A stretch of 64,000 nucleotides of DNA from Coprothermobacterota bacterium (GCA_037440465.1 JBBIUB010000006.1:1-64000); one strand, 5' to 3'; counted from the first letter of the stretch, positions 29,696 to 40,116 are shown. Numbers and translations: made by a program. Notes: a model not told the origin generated them from the letters alone.

Positions 29696-29768
29696 AAATC
29701 ATCACCTCTAAAATGATTTTATCATAAGAAGAATTATTAATTTATTGAAAATACTTCTTATTTTCAGG

Positions 29769-31880
29769 TTAATTTAAAATCTGTACAATTATTTTTTCTT
29801 CAAAACCTTCTCTTGTTTGAGCATGAATCTGCAGGTATCCACTTTCTACTGGGGTATAAGTTAATTCTTGTCCATTACCCAACATTTTTCCATTAATAAA
29901 CCAATTCACCTCTTCTTTAGCCCTGAGGATGATCCTGGTGTTTTTCTCCAGTAGAAAGGTATCGTCTTGATGGGGGCTTAGAATAAGTGTAGAATCTTTT
30001 TCCTTAAGGATATTAAGAGTTTGGGTATAGGCATCATCAGATAGACCATAATTAATAGTATTATCTTCATAGAACTCCCTGATATGTTTATAAGTGAAGG
30101 GTGTTTTATGGTTATATCCTGAATTTAAAAGCACTCCCATTATCTCAGACCAGATAAGACCTGCCCCCACTTGACCAGAGACTTCATCCATGGGTGAGTT
30201 GTCACTGTTACCCACCCAGACTCCCACCAGAAAATCAGTAGTGTAGCCTATCACCCAGCTGTCCCGATAATCCCGTGAAGTGCCTGTTTTTAGGGCGTAA
30301 TTATTCTGAAAAAGATTGAGTAAACTTTTCATGCCGAACTGTTCCATTCCGGTTTGACGGTCTTGGAGAATTTTATTGATGAGTTCTATATATTGAGGTT
30401 GGATAACTAATTTATCTGGTGTGTTTATCGATGAGGAGTGGGTAGAAAGTTCTCTCAAAATACCGTTGTTTGGAAATATCGTAAAATACTTACAGAGGTC
30501 TAATAGGCTCATATCCAGACCTCCCAGGGCAATTCCCAATTGATAACTTTCCCAGGGTTGAATGGGTTTAAATCCGAGGTTCTTCTCCAGGAAGCTATAG
30601 AAATCCTCCAAACCCACATACTCCAGAACCTTTACTGCCGGGACATTGAGGCTGTTACTGAGGGCGTAGTGTAAATCAACCTCTCCCCGGTATTTCCAGT
30701 CATAATTTTTGGGATAAAGGGGAAGCCCAATAGCGGTCATATACTTATACTCCCTGTCGTCCACCAGGGTATAGGGCCTTAATCCCTTTTCAAAGGCTTT
30801 AAGGTAGATGAAAGGCTTGATAGTGGAACCAATAGGTCTGGGTTCTGATACCATATTGATTTTGTAGCCATCTCTGGAAGATTGAGGATCAGGAGAGCCA
30901 ATGAGTGCCAATAGCTCGTTTTCAGGAAGTTTAATCACTACCACCGCTGCATTTCTGGCGTTTTTCCACCTTAAATCATCCAAATTTCTCTTTACGATGT
31001 CTCTCAATCTTTCATTAAGTAGCAGGTCTATGGTGAGTTCTTTATCGCTAATTGTTTCTTTTATAAGAGAAGATACTTCAAAAAAAGCAGGTTTAAAGCG
31101 GGAATAATGACGCATATTCTCTTTGATGGTTAAGGAGTCAAGAATTACCAACTCGTCAGGATTAAGATTAAGCCATTTACCCAAAGCTATGGCTTTTTCT
31201 TTGTTTCTGAGTTTGGCTGGATGGTTATTAGTGGGGTTATTGATGGTGACCAGAAGTTGTAGAATCTGTCCATCACTAAGTAGGTCCGGTGGAAGATTAA
31301 AATATAATCTACTGGCTTCTCCTATCCCTGTAGCTTGATTACCAAAAGATATAGAATTTACATACATCTTGAGGATTTCTTCCTTTGTTTTGTAGAGCTC
31401 CAGGCTAACAGCATAGACCAGTTCAATGATTTTATTCTTCACGCTTCTATCTAATTCATTATACAGAAGTATCTTGGCAAGTTGCTGGGTGATGGTGCTG
31501 GAAGCCATTCTCCTTCCTAAACCCAGATGACTTAACCCATATTTTAAAATACTCACAGGGTTAAAACCGGGGTGTTGGTAGAAGTATCTATCTTCCTTAA
31601 TAAGGAGAAGTTCCTTAAGGCGTGGAGGGACTTCATCTATGAATCTTGCCCAATCTCCTTTTTCATTGGGTAATAGGAAAACTTCTTCTCCCTTTCTATC
31701 TTTTACCGCTACTGAGTTCAGTTTCTGGTATGTAGTAACCAGATTTTTCTGGAGGTGATAACCCGTCAGAGCCCAGGATGTTCCAAGCAGGATAATCCCG
31801 ATTAGAAGAATCCCAGCAGCTTTCAGAAAACGAGGTCTATTAATACTACTTATTCTACTCAATTTCAAAAAATCTTCCAC
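29769..31880 (-). CDS. pbpC: Penicillin-binding protein 1C-like (transglycosylase-transpeptidase)
   Basis: EDRYFYQHPG, STITQQLAK, STIK, SLN, KTGT, C-terminal WFING domain, directly after the A2M gene. Exact start uncertain. Confidence 0.8.
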   Translation of the reverse strand: MEDFLKLSRISSINRPRFLKAAGILLIGIILLGTSWALTGYHLQKNLVTTYQKLNSVAVKDRKGEEVFLLPNEKGDWARFIDEVPPRLKELLLIKEDRYFYQHPGFNPVSILKYGLSHLGLGRRMASSTITQQLAKILLYNELDRSVKNKIIELVYAVSLELYKTKEEILKMYVNSISFGNQATGIGEASRLYFNLPPDLLSDGQILQLLVTINNPTNNHPAKLRNKEKAIALGKWLNLNPDELVILDSLTIKENMRHYSRFKPAFFEVSSLIKETISDKELTIDLLLNERLRDIVKRNLDDLRWKNARNAAVVVIKLPENELLALIGSPDPQSSRDGYKINMVSEPRPIGSTIKPFIYLKAFEKGLRPYTLVDDREYKYMTAIGLPLYPKNYDWKYRGEVDLHYALSNSLNVPAVKVLEYVGLEDFYSFLEKNLGFKPIQPWESYQLGIALGGLDMSLLDLCKYFTIFPNNGILRELSTHSSSINTPDKLVIQPQYIELINKILQDRQTGMEQFGMKSLLNLFQNNYALKTGTSRDYRDSWVIGYTTDFLVGVWVGNSDNSPMDEVSGQVGAGLIWSEIMGVLLNSGYNHKTPFTYKHIREFYEDNTINYGLSDDAYTQTLNILKEKDSTLILSPHQDDTFLLEKNTRIILRAKEEVNWFINGKMLGNGQELTYTPVESGYLQIHAQTREGFEEKIIVQILN

Positions 31881-34800
31881 TGGTTCTACCGAAGTTTTCC
31901 GGGAAATACATCTCCGAAACCATAGCAGGAAGATGTGTGAATTTACCTTTGATGAGAGCTCTTACGAAGTATTCAAACTCATATACACCGGGGCTTAGAT
32001 GTTCTACATATAGGAAGGCCCTGTCATCATGCATTGCTTTATACTGGGGATATAGAGACCTGTCAAAGTATCTTCGCCAGTAATTTTCATTTCGTTTGTA
32101 TTCATCTTCCAGAAGTAAGGATTTTTGCTCAGTGGCTAAATCTAAATTAACAATCTCCATCCCGGCTGGAATGAAATCTTCCACCATTACAAAGTTCCTG
32201 GATTTAGGCACTGTTATCTGAAGGCGTACCCTGAGAACATCACCCACTTTAGCTTTAGTGAGAGGATTCTCGTTCTTTTTATCCTCCAGACTGTAGAACT
32301 CCCTGGTGATACTGAAACCTTCGTCCCTCGGTGGAATACGGTTGGCAGGGAGGTAGTATTTCATAGCCATGTCGTAGTAGAAGGCATTGGGGAGCTGGTT
32401 GTGGTTGGTCTTCTGGAAAGTAACTACATTGTTTTGATTGAACCTTAGCTCCTGGATGGGGATCTCCCTCATATACTGGTCAAGAATAGTCTCGGTGTTG
32501 AAACGGAAACTTCCTTTGCTCTTCTCGTTTAGAAGTATGTCCAGAGTAAAGTCAGATTCAGTTTCCCTCTTCCACTCCAGAAAGTCGGTGAAGGCATCTA
32601 TGACTGTTAGAGTATTGTTAGTGGAACCCCAGCCACCATCCCTGTAACGACTGTTAAGAAGCCACCTTATAACCTTATCTATGGTGGGTTTATCGGATTT
32701 TATAGCTATCTGTGCCTTAAGATAGAGAGCGGTGTTCTTGATGGGGGTTTCATAATACAGCCACATCAGGTTTTTACCCACTTCCATGAAGGCTCCTCTG
32801 CCATCAATTTTTATTCTATTATCCAGAATCTTAAAGACCTTATTCTTTAACTTAGCATCGAATTCTCCATGTTGCAGAAGAATAGAGAGTTGAGCCAGGG
32901 AAGTACTGCTTATCTGTTCATTTATGAAAAGCTCGTCGTTTATCAAGTCAATTATTTTTTTCTTTAGGGTATCACCATATTTGAAGTCGGGAAGTCTAAA
33001 GAGTGTATAGGTGGTCAGGATTATGGTGTCCTTATTCTGATAAAGAGGGTAGTCGGTGGTTATCTTCTGGTAGAGGTAATCCACCGCTCTCTGGAGACTG
33101 GTCTGATTAACATTGAAGCCAGCCAGATAGAGATTGTTAAAAGTCTCCACTATATGAAGGGTGAGGTAGAAGTTGGACGCATAGCCTCGCCAGAAAGTGA
33201 AACCTCCGTCCCAGTTCTGATTGTTGTAAAGTTCTGTAAGACCTATATCCACCACTTCAACTATGGTGTATTCCCTGTTTCCGTATTTAATCTTCTCCAG
33301 TTTAAATTTCTCTCCCACATTGGGGATATTGAGCCCTCTTTTGACTACAGCGATGGCACTAAGTTTACTGGCTATTTGCTCTGAACAACCGTAGGGGAAC
33401 TCCAAAAGATATTTAAGGGCATCGGAGAGGAAGACTGCCAGGGTAGCGCTGGTTTTTACTGTCAGGTTTCCTCTATCTTTGAGGATTTCATCGGTTAAAA
33501 AGACATACTCTTTGAAGACTGGCAGTGTGGTGTAATTAGAGGTGACTGTGACTTCGTAGGTGTTATTGGGGGTGATGTTGATGATTTGTTCTACCGTGTC
33601 CTCCAATCCATCGCCTTTTGCGGAGAGGGTAAAGATGTGTTCTCCCTTTTCTATATTAGGCGGTGCCTGAACTCTAAAGTAGAGGGTCTCACTCTTTCCA
33701 GGTTCCAGGCGAAGTTTCTTTTCTGATTTATCATCTATTAGAGTGAGGGTTGAGCTTTCAAAATTTACTGAAAGATTATGGGATTCCTTGCTCTGGTTAA
33801 AAATCTGAGCACCGATCTGGAAAATATCCCCTGGTACCACAAATCGAGGCTTCAGCGGAACTACCATTAGTTCCTTTCTGGTCATAAACTCAAGGTAGCA
33901 TACTCCCAGTTTAGCATCTCGGGTCAGTCCCAGGGTCTCTACCTGCCAGGTGGTGAGGTTGTCCGGGAGTCTAAACTTGACCTGCCCCTTCCCCTTATCA
34001 TCCGTTCTTACTACTGCTTGCCAGTAAGCGGTTTCTTTGAAGATACCTCTCTTCTTTATGGCAAGATTATCTTCAGACCTAAGACCTCCCCCTCCCTTAG
34101 TAAGGATTTCCACTTTAACCAGGATATCCTTAATGTTACTAGCGGTAGAGACGTTAAGTGGGAAGCCTGAGTAAAAATGGATTAATGGGTTCTTTTTGGG
34201 GTTTCCTTTAAGGGCCAGGACGCTTAAATCAACCACCGCCACAGACACCTCGGCTGGCATGGGTTTACCAGTATAATCTTTGGTCAGGATATCCAGAAGG
34301 ACTTCTTCACCAGGTAGATACTTCTCCTTATTGGATTTTACCTCTATATCCAGTCTTTTCCTATCTGTGTTTATTTGAAACTCTACCATTCCAAACTTGA
34401 CTTCTGGTTTAGAAGATATAAGTATGACTGATACGTAGACGCTTGGTAGATATTCATCTTTTACAGTAAAAGTGAAAGGAAGTAGATTACCTTCCACCTC
34501 CTTAATCTGGTACTCAAAAATTCTTCCTCTCTCTATGGATATAAGGGCTTTGGCTTTAGAGTAAGGTGATTTAATCAAGATTTTACCTTCATCACCAACA
34601 TTGAGTTGTTTTTTCTCAGCTTCTATCTCCAGTTGAGTGTTTGTAGTAGGTTTCACGCTGACCTCACCTTTACCGTAAATATAAATGTTGTAGGTGGATG
34701 AAACCAGGTTTCCCCTTTTGTCTGTGGCATTGGCTTCTGCTTCATATTCCCCTTCCTGAGCTATCTGAAGTTCCTGGACGTAATCTCCCTTGCTGTCTGT

Positions 34801-37800
34801 AGAAAAATTGTAAGTGTTAGTTAGGCTCCTTTTTCTCTCCCACTGATACTGGAAACCTCCACCTACCCCTTGTCTTTTACTGTAGACCCAATCTACCTTA
34901 TAAAGATTTAGGGTGATGTTATTTAACTGCATAGCCTTCCCCTGGGTATCTACAGATTTCACCCGGAGATTGAACTTCTCATCTTTACCAGCAAAGTATT
35001 TATCAGAGCGCAGACCCAGGTAAAATTCTCCAGCATGGAGGATGAAAGATTTTTGGATGGAGACACTCTGACCCTGAGTATTCTGAACAGTGATGTCAAA
35101 AACGATTATCTTACTTTTTCTATCCTTTTGCTCCTTAAAGAATTTATCCAAGTCCAAAAGTTGAGAGATTTTGGCCTTACCATTAACATCCAGTGTAGTT
35201 TTACCTCGAAGAATAAATCTATCACCGTAATCATAGTAAGGCCAGTAGTACCAGCCTGTGCCAAAGTCAAAGTATCCTTCTGTATATCTATCAAAGTGAT
35301 AGTTTTGGCTGCTCATAGTATAGGTAACTTCTCCACCTTCTAAAGGAACTCCAAAATAGTAGCGGGCATCAATCTCCAGATTGGTAGTATCTTTAGAGAT
35401 ATATTCTTCTTTATCTGCTTTCACATTAATTTCAAAGGGAGCTGGAACATATTCCTGGACATCAAAAGAAGCATCACCAAAATCACCAGCAGAGACATAG
35501 TACCAACCAAGTGGTGAGTTTTTCTCCAGAATAAGGCTGGTGTTAAAAGTTCCATAATCGTTTATATCCAATTCCTGGTTAAAGACTTCGTCACCACGGG
35601 GGTTATTAATTTTCAGGCTGATTTTTCGGTTTCTGGGTAACTCATAGTTTCCGTCATAACCGGTAAGAAAAATACCTTTCAGGAAGACCTCTTGTCCAGG
35701 TCTGTAGATGGGCTTATCTGTGTAAAGGTAAATCCGTGGAGTAGAATAAGCAGTAACCACCCAGTTTAACCTGCTGGCTTTGGCGGGGATGATGGTGCTG
35801 TCCTTCCCTTTACTGATTATCACTCCAGCAAGCTGGGGAACTGAAGGGGTGTGAGCAATTCCTTTTTCGTCGGTGTTATGAGTTAAAATTGCTGTATATT
35901 TACCTTCCTGATAAAGTTCAATTTTTGCTCCAGATATAGGTTCCAGGCTGGTTAAGTTGGTTACCCAATAAAGATTAGAGAGGGTCTTCAATTGCTCAGG
36001 TGTGACAGTCCAGAAAGGAGGTAACCCATGGAGGGTGGTAATTTCAGGTAGAATCCTTTTTTCTGCTACTCCTAAATTAGTAACTGTCAGATAAGTCAGT
36101 TGGGCATCATAATTTGAAGGGAAATAGTCGGGATGAGAAAAACTTAATATATAGTGTCCTATAGGTTCTTTAAAGTAGGTTTTAAGGTCTATCTGGAAGA
36201 AATTTCTAATCCAATATCTTTTTTGAAGAATGATTTTAGTAGTTACCCGCTCTTTATAGTTGGTTATCCCTGCTGATTGTCCCCTATAAGAAAGTGCTGT
36301 CTGTAGATAATTTAAAAAATCCACCGCTTCTAATTTATAAATCTCCAGGTTCACGTATTCCATGTTGATGGCAGCATAATTTAGTTTCGTATTGTCGGGT
36401 GTGGTAACACTATAGGGGTTTTGGAGATGATGGAAGCTCAGGTCCTTACTGGGCATTTCACCAGTTGTGAATTTTAAAGTCAAAGTATCTTTTTGCCCGA
36501 AGACATCCGTAAAGTTGAGTTCTACGGTATATTTGGAAAGCGGCATCAAACCTCCGTAAATCCAAGTGCTAAACTCTCCAGGATAGCAAGTGAGACCTTT
36601 ATAAGAATAGGTGTCAGTTACCATCCAGGATTCATGCCATGACCTTAATTCGTAGGACAGGTTGGCTTTAATATATTTTTCATACTCCGTTAGTTCAGGC
36701 ACCAGGATGGGAGTGGTGCTACAGATTCCTAACTGGGTCAATTCGGCTTTAGTGGAGTTATCGGTAGGAGAGGTTCTCAGTACTTTAAACTTCGGATAGG
36801 TGGATACAACTCTCTTGATAGGTTCCCGGTTTATAACCAACCCTGCTGTGTTCACAATCTTCTCAAAGGTGACATCCAGTTTTTCTCCAAGACTTACCTT
36901 TTCACTATCAAAAATTAGGTAAACTTTCTTTTTGTCAGTGACCTTTTCCACTTCCATTCCATAGGCAAAATCTTGTGTTCCATCCTTAGGTTTTTCCCCA
37001 TAGCCTATCTCCTTTAATTTGGGAGAAGTGATCTTACTCTTATCCAGGTCAATCTCTTCATAAAAACTTACCCAGAGTTTTCCCTGGGGGTCGAAGAACC
37101 CAGCAGAGGCATACTGGGTTCTGGGAGATTCAGCGGAAATATTCTCTATGGGACCCACTACATTAACCAGGGAAAATCCTTTTTCTTCCAAAATAATATC
37201 CCCTTCTGTGGGGTAGGCTCTATTAATAGTAAGGGAATAAGAATTGTCAAAGTCCCAATATTTTTCTCTTCCGAACCTATCCTTCTGGTTATAGACGAGG
37301 ATAACCGATTTATCTATCTCCTCTTTAAGAGGGGTACCGGATGGTTTTCCTGGTTCTTCTATAACTTTTTTCCCGTATTCTGTAATGAATGGAATCTGTT
37401 TTACTGTTCCCTGCATAACCAGTGTTATCTCTTTCTTGGTCTTTTCCAGGTCAACTGGTTGATTAAAGTATATAGAGATGGGTTGATTGTAAACGATGCT
37501 GCCTTCAGTAATACCTAAGTTTCTCAGTTTTCGGGTAACAAACTCCACCTCTTTTCCTTTGACCTCCAGACCATCCATTGATACCATGCCCGGCTTCACT
37601 ATGACTATATACCGTGAGGACCTGAATAATCTTTCCTTGGGAATGAATTGAAGATTGCTGGTGGTTATCCACTTAAAACGACCTTCTGTGGTAGGCGTAA
37701 TCTCCACAGGGACATCTTTTTTCTCCAGATAACCCAGAGTAGTGAGAGGAACCATTGGACGGTTAAATACTATGGTTATCTCTGATGTTTCAGGTGACTC

Positions 37801-38385
37801 TGTATCCTGATGAGGAAAGATTGCCACTATCTCTGGGTCTTCCACTGCCAGGAAGTCGCTCCGTATTACACCTTCAGTGGTCGTAAGCTCAGCAAGATAA
37901 TAGGAGTTTAGAGTCAATATTTCTGAAGGTTTAAAGATAAGCCTATTTTCTTCTGTTGAAGCTAACCATTCCCCTTTAATTTCAGGAGAAAATATGATGT
38001 TTTTAGATGCTGTTTCCTTGTTAATACCCTCTGGTAGATTCAAGAGGATGGGAGCACTTTGAGATATTTTTTCATTAGTTAGACGGTATGTTACAGCAAA
38101 AGTTGGCTTTATGGCATAGTCGCCCTTAAGAATATAATACAGACTACCAGTAAAAATAAGAATAAAGATTAAAACTGGTACCAGCACCCTCCTCTGATAA
38201 ACTTTTACCATTTCTAAAATCCTCCTTATAGGATAAATGATAGGGCTGGGCTTACGATTGTATAATTCTTTTAAGAGCTTATGCTTCAATCTCCTTTTAT
38301 GACCTACCATTTCAATGTCAGGCACATCCAAATTTTCTAATTTATTAATAAGGTCATCTTTATTTACAAACTCATCCTTTTTCAT
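31855..38385 (-). CDS. Bacterial alpha-2-macroglobulin with N-terminal cytoplasmic segment, TM helix and Ig-like domains
   Basis: YLYTDKPIYRPGQ (MG2), F.ETAYW, LPDNLTTW, thioester motif PYGCSEQ (33376-33387), WGST..T, VEDFIPAG.E, EMYFPE.FGR. Confidence 0.9.
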   Translation of the reverse strand: MKKDEFVNKDDLINKLENLDVPDIEMVGHKRRLKHKLLKELYNRKPSPIIYPIRRILEMVKVYQRRVLVPVLIFILIFTGSLYYILKGDYAIKPTFAVTYRLTNEKISQSAPILLNLPEGINKETASKNIIFSPEIKGEWLASTEENRLIFKPSEILTLNSYYLAELTTTEGVIRSDFLAVEDPEIVAIFPHQDTESPETSEITIVFNRPMVPLTTLGYLEKKDVPVEITPTTEGRFKWITTSNLQFIPKERLFRSSRYIVIVKPGMVSMDGLEVKGKEVEFVTRKLRNLGITEGSIVYNQPISIYFNQPVDLEKTKKEITLVMQGTVKQIPFITEYGKKVIEEPGKPSGTPLKEEIDKSVILVYNQKDRFGREKYWDFDNSYSLTINRAYPTEGDIILEEKGFSLVNVVGPIENISAESPRTQYASAGFFDPQGKLWVSFYEEIDLDKSKITSPKLKEIGYGEKPKDGTQDFAYGMEVEKVTDKKKVYLIFDSEKVSLGEKLDVTFEKIVNTAGLVINREPIKRVVSTYPKFKVLRTSPTDNSTKAELTQLGICSTTPILVPELTEYEKYIKANLSYELRSWHESWMVTDTYSYKGLTCYPGEFSTWIYGGLMPLSKYTVELNFTDVFGQKDTLTLKFTTGEMPSKDLSFHHLQNPYSVTTPDNTKLNYAAINMEYVNLEIYKLEAVDFLNYLQTALSYRGQSAGITNYKERVTTKIILQKRYWIRNFFQIDLKTYFKEPIGHYILSFSHPDYFPSNYDAQLTYLTVTNLGVAEKRILPEITTLHGLPPFWTVTPEQLKTLSNLYWVTNLTSLEPISGAKIELYQEGKYTAILTHNTDEKGIAHTPSVPQLAGVIISKGKDSTIIPAKASRLNWVVTAYSTPRIYLYTDKPIYRPGQEVFLKGIFLTGYDGNYELPRNRKISLKINNPRGDEVFNQELDINDYGTFNTSLILEKNSPLGWYYVSAGDFGDASFDVQEYVPAPFEINVKADKEEYISKDTTNLEIDARYYFGVPLEGGEVTYTMSSQNYHFDRYTEGYFDFGTGWYYWPYYDYGDRFILRGKTTLDVNGKAKISQLLDLDKFFKEQKDRKSKIIVFDITVQNTQGQSVSIQKSFILHAGEFYLGLRSDKYFAGKDEKFNLRVKSVDTQGKAMQLNNITLNLYKVDWVYSKRQGVGGGFQYQWERKRSLTNTYNFSTDSKGDYVQELQIAQEGEYEAEANATDKRGNLVSSTYNIYIYGKGEVSVKPTTNTQLEIEAEKKQLNVGDEGKILIKSPYSKAKALISIERGRIFEYQIKEVEGNLLPFTFTVKDEYLPSVYVSVILISSKPEVKFGMVEFQINTDRKRLDIEVKSNKEKYLPGEEVLLDILTKDYTGKPMPAEVSVAVVDLSVLALKGNPKKNPLIHFYSGFPLNVSTASNIKDILVKVEILTKGGGGLRSEDNLAIKKRGIFKETAYWQAVVRTDDKGKGQVKFRLPDNLTTWQVETLGLTRDAKLGVCYLEFMTRKELMVVPLKPRFVVPGDIFQIGAQIFNQSKESHNLSVNFESSTLTLIDDKSEKKLRLEPGKSETLYFRVQAPPNIEKGEHIFTLSAKGDGLEDTVEQIINITPNNTYEVTVTSNYTTLPVFKEYVFLTDEILKDRGNLTVKTSATLAVFLSDALKYLLEFPYGCSEQIASKLSAIAVVKRGLNIPNVGEKFKLEKIKYGNREYTIVEVVDIGLTELYNNQNWDGGFTFWRGYASNFYLTLHIVETFNNLYLAGFNVNQTSLQRAVDYLYQKITTDYPLYQNKDTIILTTYTLFRLPDFKYGDTLKKKIIDLINDELFINEQISSTSLAQLSILLQHGEFDAKLKNKVFKILDNRIKIDGRGAFMEVGKNLMWLYYETPIKNTALYLKAQIAIKSDKPTIDKVIRWLLNSRYRDGGWGSTNNTLTVIDAFTDFLEWKRETESDFTLDILLNEKSKGSFRFNTETILDQYMREIPIQELRFNQNNVVTFQKTNHNQLPNAFYYDMAMKYYLPANRIPPRDEGFSITREFYSLEDKKNENPLTKAKVGDVLRVRLQITVPKSRNFVMVEDFIPAGMEIVNLDLATEQKSLLLEDEYKRNENYWRRYFDRSLYPQYKAMHDDRAFLYVEHLSPGVYEFEYFVRALIKGKFTHLPAMVSEMYFPENFGRTSGRFFEIE

Positions 38386-38396
38386 TTTTCAGCCCT

Positions 38397-39008
38397 TCAC
38401 CTCCTATAATGCTTATTCTTGCAAAAGGTTGCATCGTCATCCCTTGAGATTAGCTCTCTTAGTTTCTCAATGCCTCTTGAAAGAAGGGATTTTATGGTGC
38501 CTTCCTTTTTGTTTAGTATCTGACTAATCTCATTTATCTTCTTTTTTTCAAAGTATTTTAAAGTTAATACTTCCTGATATTTTAAATCAAGTTTTAAAAT
38601 TGCTTTTTGTACATTTATGAAATCTTGATAAATCTGCAATTTCTCTTCAGCTTCTATTAGCTCTGTTTCGGGATTATTAGACAATTCATCTTCAGGGTCT
38701 CCATCAGCAAAAATAGATTCTAAGGGATAAATAATCTGTTTTTTCTTTCTGAAGTAGTAATTGATTTCGTTGGTGGCTATTTTATAGAACCAGGAAGAGA
38801 AGGGAAGATTCATAATCCGATATTGCCAGAGATTCCTTACGGCCTTTAAAAAAGTTTCAGAGGTCAAGTCTTGAGCGGTCTCCAGATGTCCTACCCTTCT
38901 CAGGATATATCCAAAGATTTTAGGGTAGTATTCCTCATAAAGAATACCAAAGGCTTTTGGATCTTCTTTTAGTTTAAGAATTAATTCCTTCTCTCTATCT
39001 GGATTCAT
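38397..39008 (-). CDS. ECF sigma-70 family factor
   Basis: AFGILY..Y...IFGY, AQDLTSETFLKA, FSSWFYKIA.N, region 4 EI..IL....GTIKSLLSRG. Confidence 0.9.
   Translation of the reverse strand: MNPDREKELILKLKEDPKAFGILYEEYYPKIFGYILRRVGHLETAQDLTSETFLKAVRNLWQYRIMNLPFSSWFYKIATNEINYYFRKKKQIIYPLESIFADGDPEDELSNNPETELIEAEEKLQIYQDFINVQKAILKLDLKYQEVLTLKYFEKKKINEISQILNKKEGTIKSLLSRGIEKLRELISRDDDATFCKNKHYRR
38405..38433 (-). promoter_or_regulatory. Putative ECF promoter in the 3' end of the sigma gene, facing A2M
   Basis: TGCAACCTTTT...CATTATA immediately before the GGAGGTG RBS of A2M. Shares TGCAACCTTTT with the pspC promoter. Confidence 0.45.
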
Positions 39009-39123
39009 GGCTTTTCAGTTAGAGTTTAGCATAAAATTGGTGGAAAAAAGGTAAATTAGAGATGTTTATAATATTAAGAAGAAATAGTATTCACCTGTAT
39101 TTATTGAATTATTCTAAAACCCC

Positions 39124-39152
39124 TTGACAAATAAAAAATATACTTTTATAAT
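39124..39152 (+). promoter_or_regulatory. Consensus sigma70 promoter of the glycerol operon
   Basis: Perfect TTGACA-17 nt-TATAAT. Confidence 0.8.
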
Positions 39153-39327
39153 CTAACAAGTGGAAGGTGAAGAATCTTAACAAGTTTTGTTATTTAGTGT
39201 TAAGAGGAGTCAGGTAAAACCAGTCCATATTTTTTAAAATAAGGAGGTGGTTACTGCAGAGAGTGTTTACATTTCTAGTTGAAAGGCTTCGGTTTTCAAA
39301 AAACAGAAATTGTAAAGGAGGATTCAA

Positions 39328-40116
39328 ATGAAAAACGGTTTAATTGGTCAGTTAATCGGAGAAGTTTTTGGGACTTTCATTCTTATTCTGTTAGGCGATG
39401 GAGTTGTGGCCAATGTTGGTCTGGCCCCCCGCTTAGCATCCCCAGCTTACAACTGGAATACCATAACTCTTGGTTGGGCTATGGCAGTGGTTATCGCAGT
39501 GTATGTCACTGCTGGTGTCTCAGGTGCTCATATTAACCCAGCAGTTACCTTAGCTCTGGCAGTAAAGCGTAATTTCCCCTGGGGTAAAGTCTTCCCCTAC
39601 TGGATTGCGCAAATCTTTGGTGCTTTCCTTGGTGCCTTTGGAGTTTATTTAGTATACCGTGAAGGCCTCGTTGCAGCAGGTTTACCTAATGTATGGTGTA
39701 CTGGTCCAGGCTCTGTATTTGGTCAAGCTTTCTGGGGAGGAACTGGTATAGGAAGTTTAGGAGTCTACTCTCTTACAAATGCTTTAGTTGCTGAAATATT
39801 TGGCACAGCAGTTCTTCTATGGGGTGTTTTAGCTGTTGGAGATTCAAAAAACACAGGTGTTGGGGCTAACCTTGGACCACTTCTGGTAGGTCTGACCGTT
39901 TTAGGAATTGGTCTCTGCCTGGGTGGACCTAGTGGCTATGCTATTAACCCTGCCCGTGATTTCGGGCCAAGACTTTTCGGTGCTCTTATTGGAACTACAG
40001 GTTTATTCAGCGGTTCTTACTGGTTAGTTGCACCCATAATCGGTCCTTTAATTGGTGGTGTCCTAGGTATTCTTACTTACGATTTATTTGTTTCAAGCAA
40101 TCTTCCTAAAAAATAG
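39328..40116 (+). CDS. glpF: Glycerol uptake facilitator (MIP family)
   Basis: SGAHINPAVT and GYAINPARDFGPR NPA motifs. Confidence 0.9.
   Translation: MKNGLIGQLIGEVFGTFILILLGDGVVANVGLAPRLASPAYNWNTITLGWAMAVVIAVYVTAGVSGAHINPAVTLALAVKRNFPWGKVFPYWIAQIFGAFLGAFGVYLVYREGLVAAGLPNVWCTGPGSVFGQAFWGGTGIGSLGVYSLTNALVAEIFGTAVLLWGVLAVGDSKNTGVGANLGPLLVGLTVLGIGLCLGGPSGYAINPARDFGPRLFGALIGTTGLFSGSYWLVAPIIGPLIGGVLGILTYDLFVSSNLPKK

Noticed and set aside
39279..39536. Cys/Trp-rich 85-aa ORF resembling a peptide precursor
   Set aside because: It is an alternative frame of glpF, with no properly spaced RBS and no modifying enzymes nearby.
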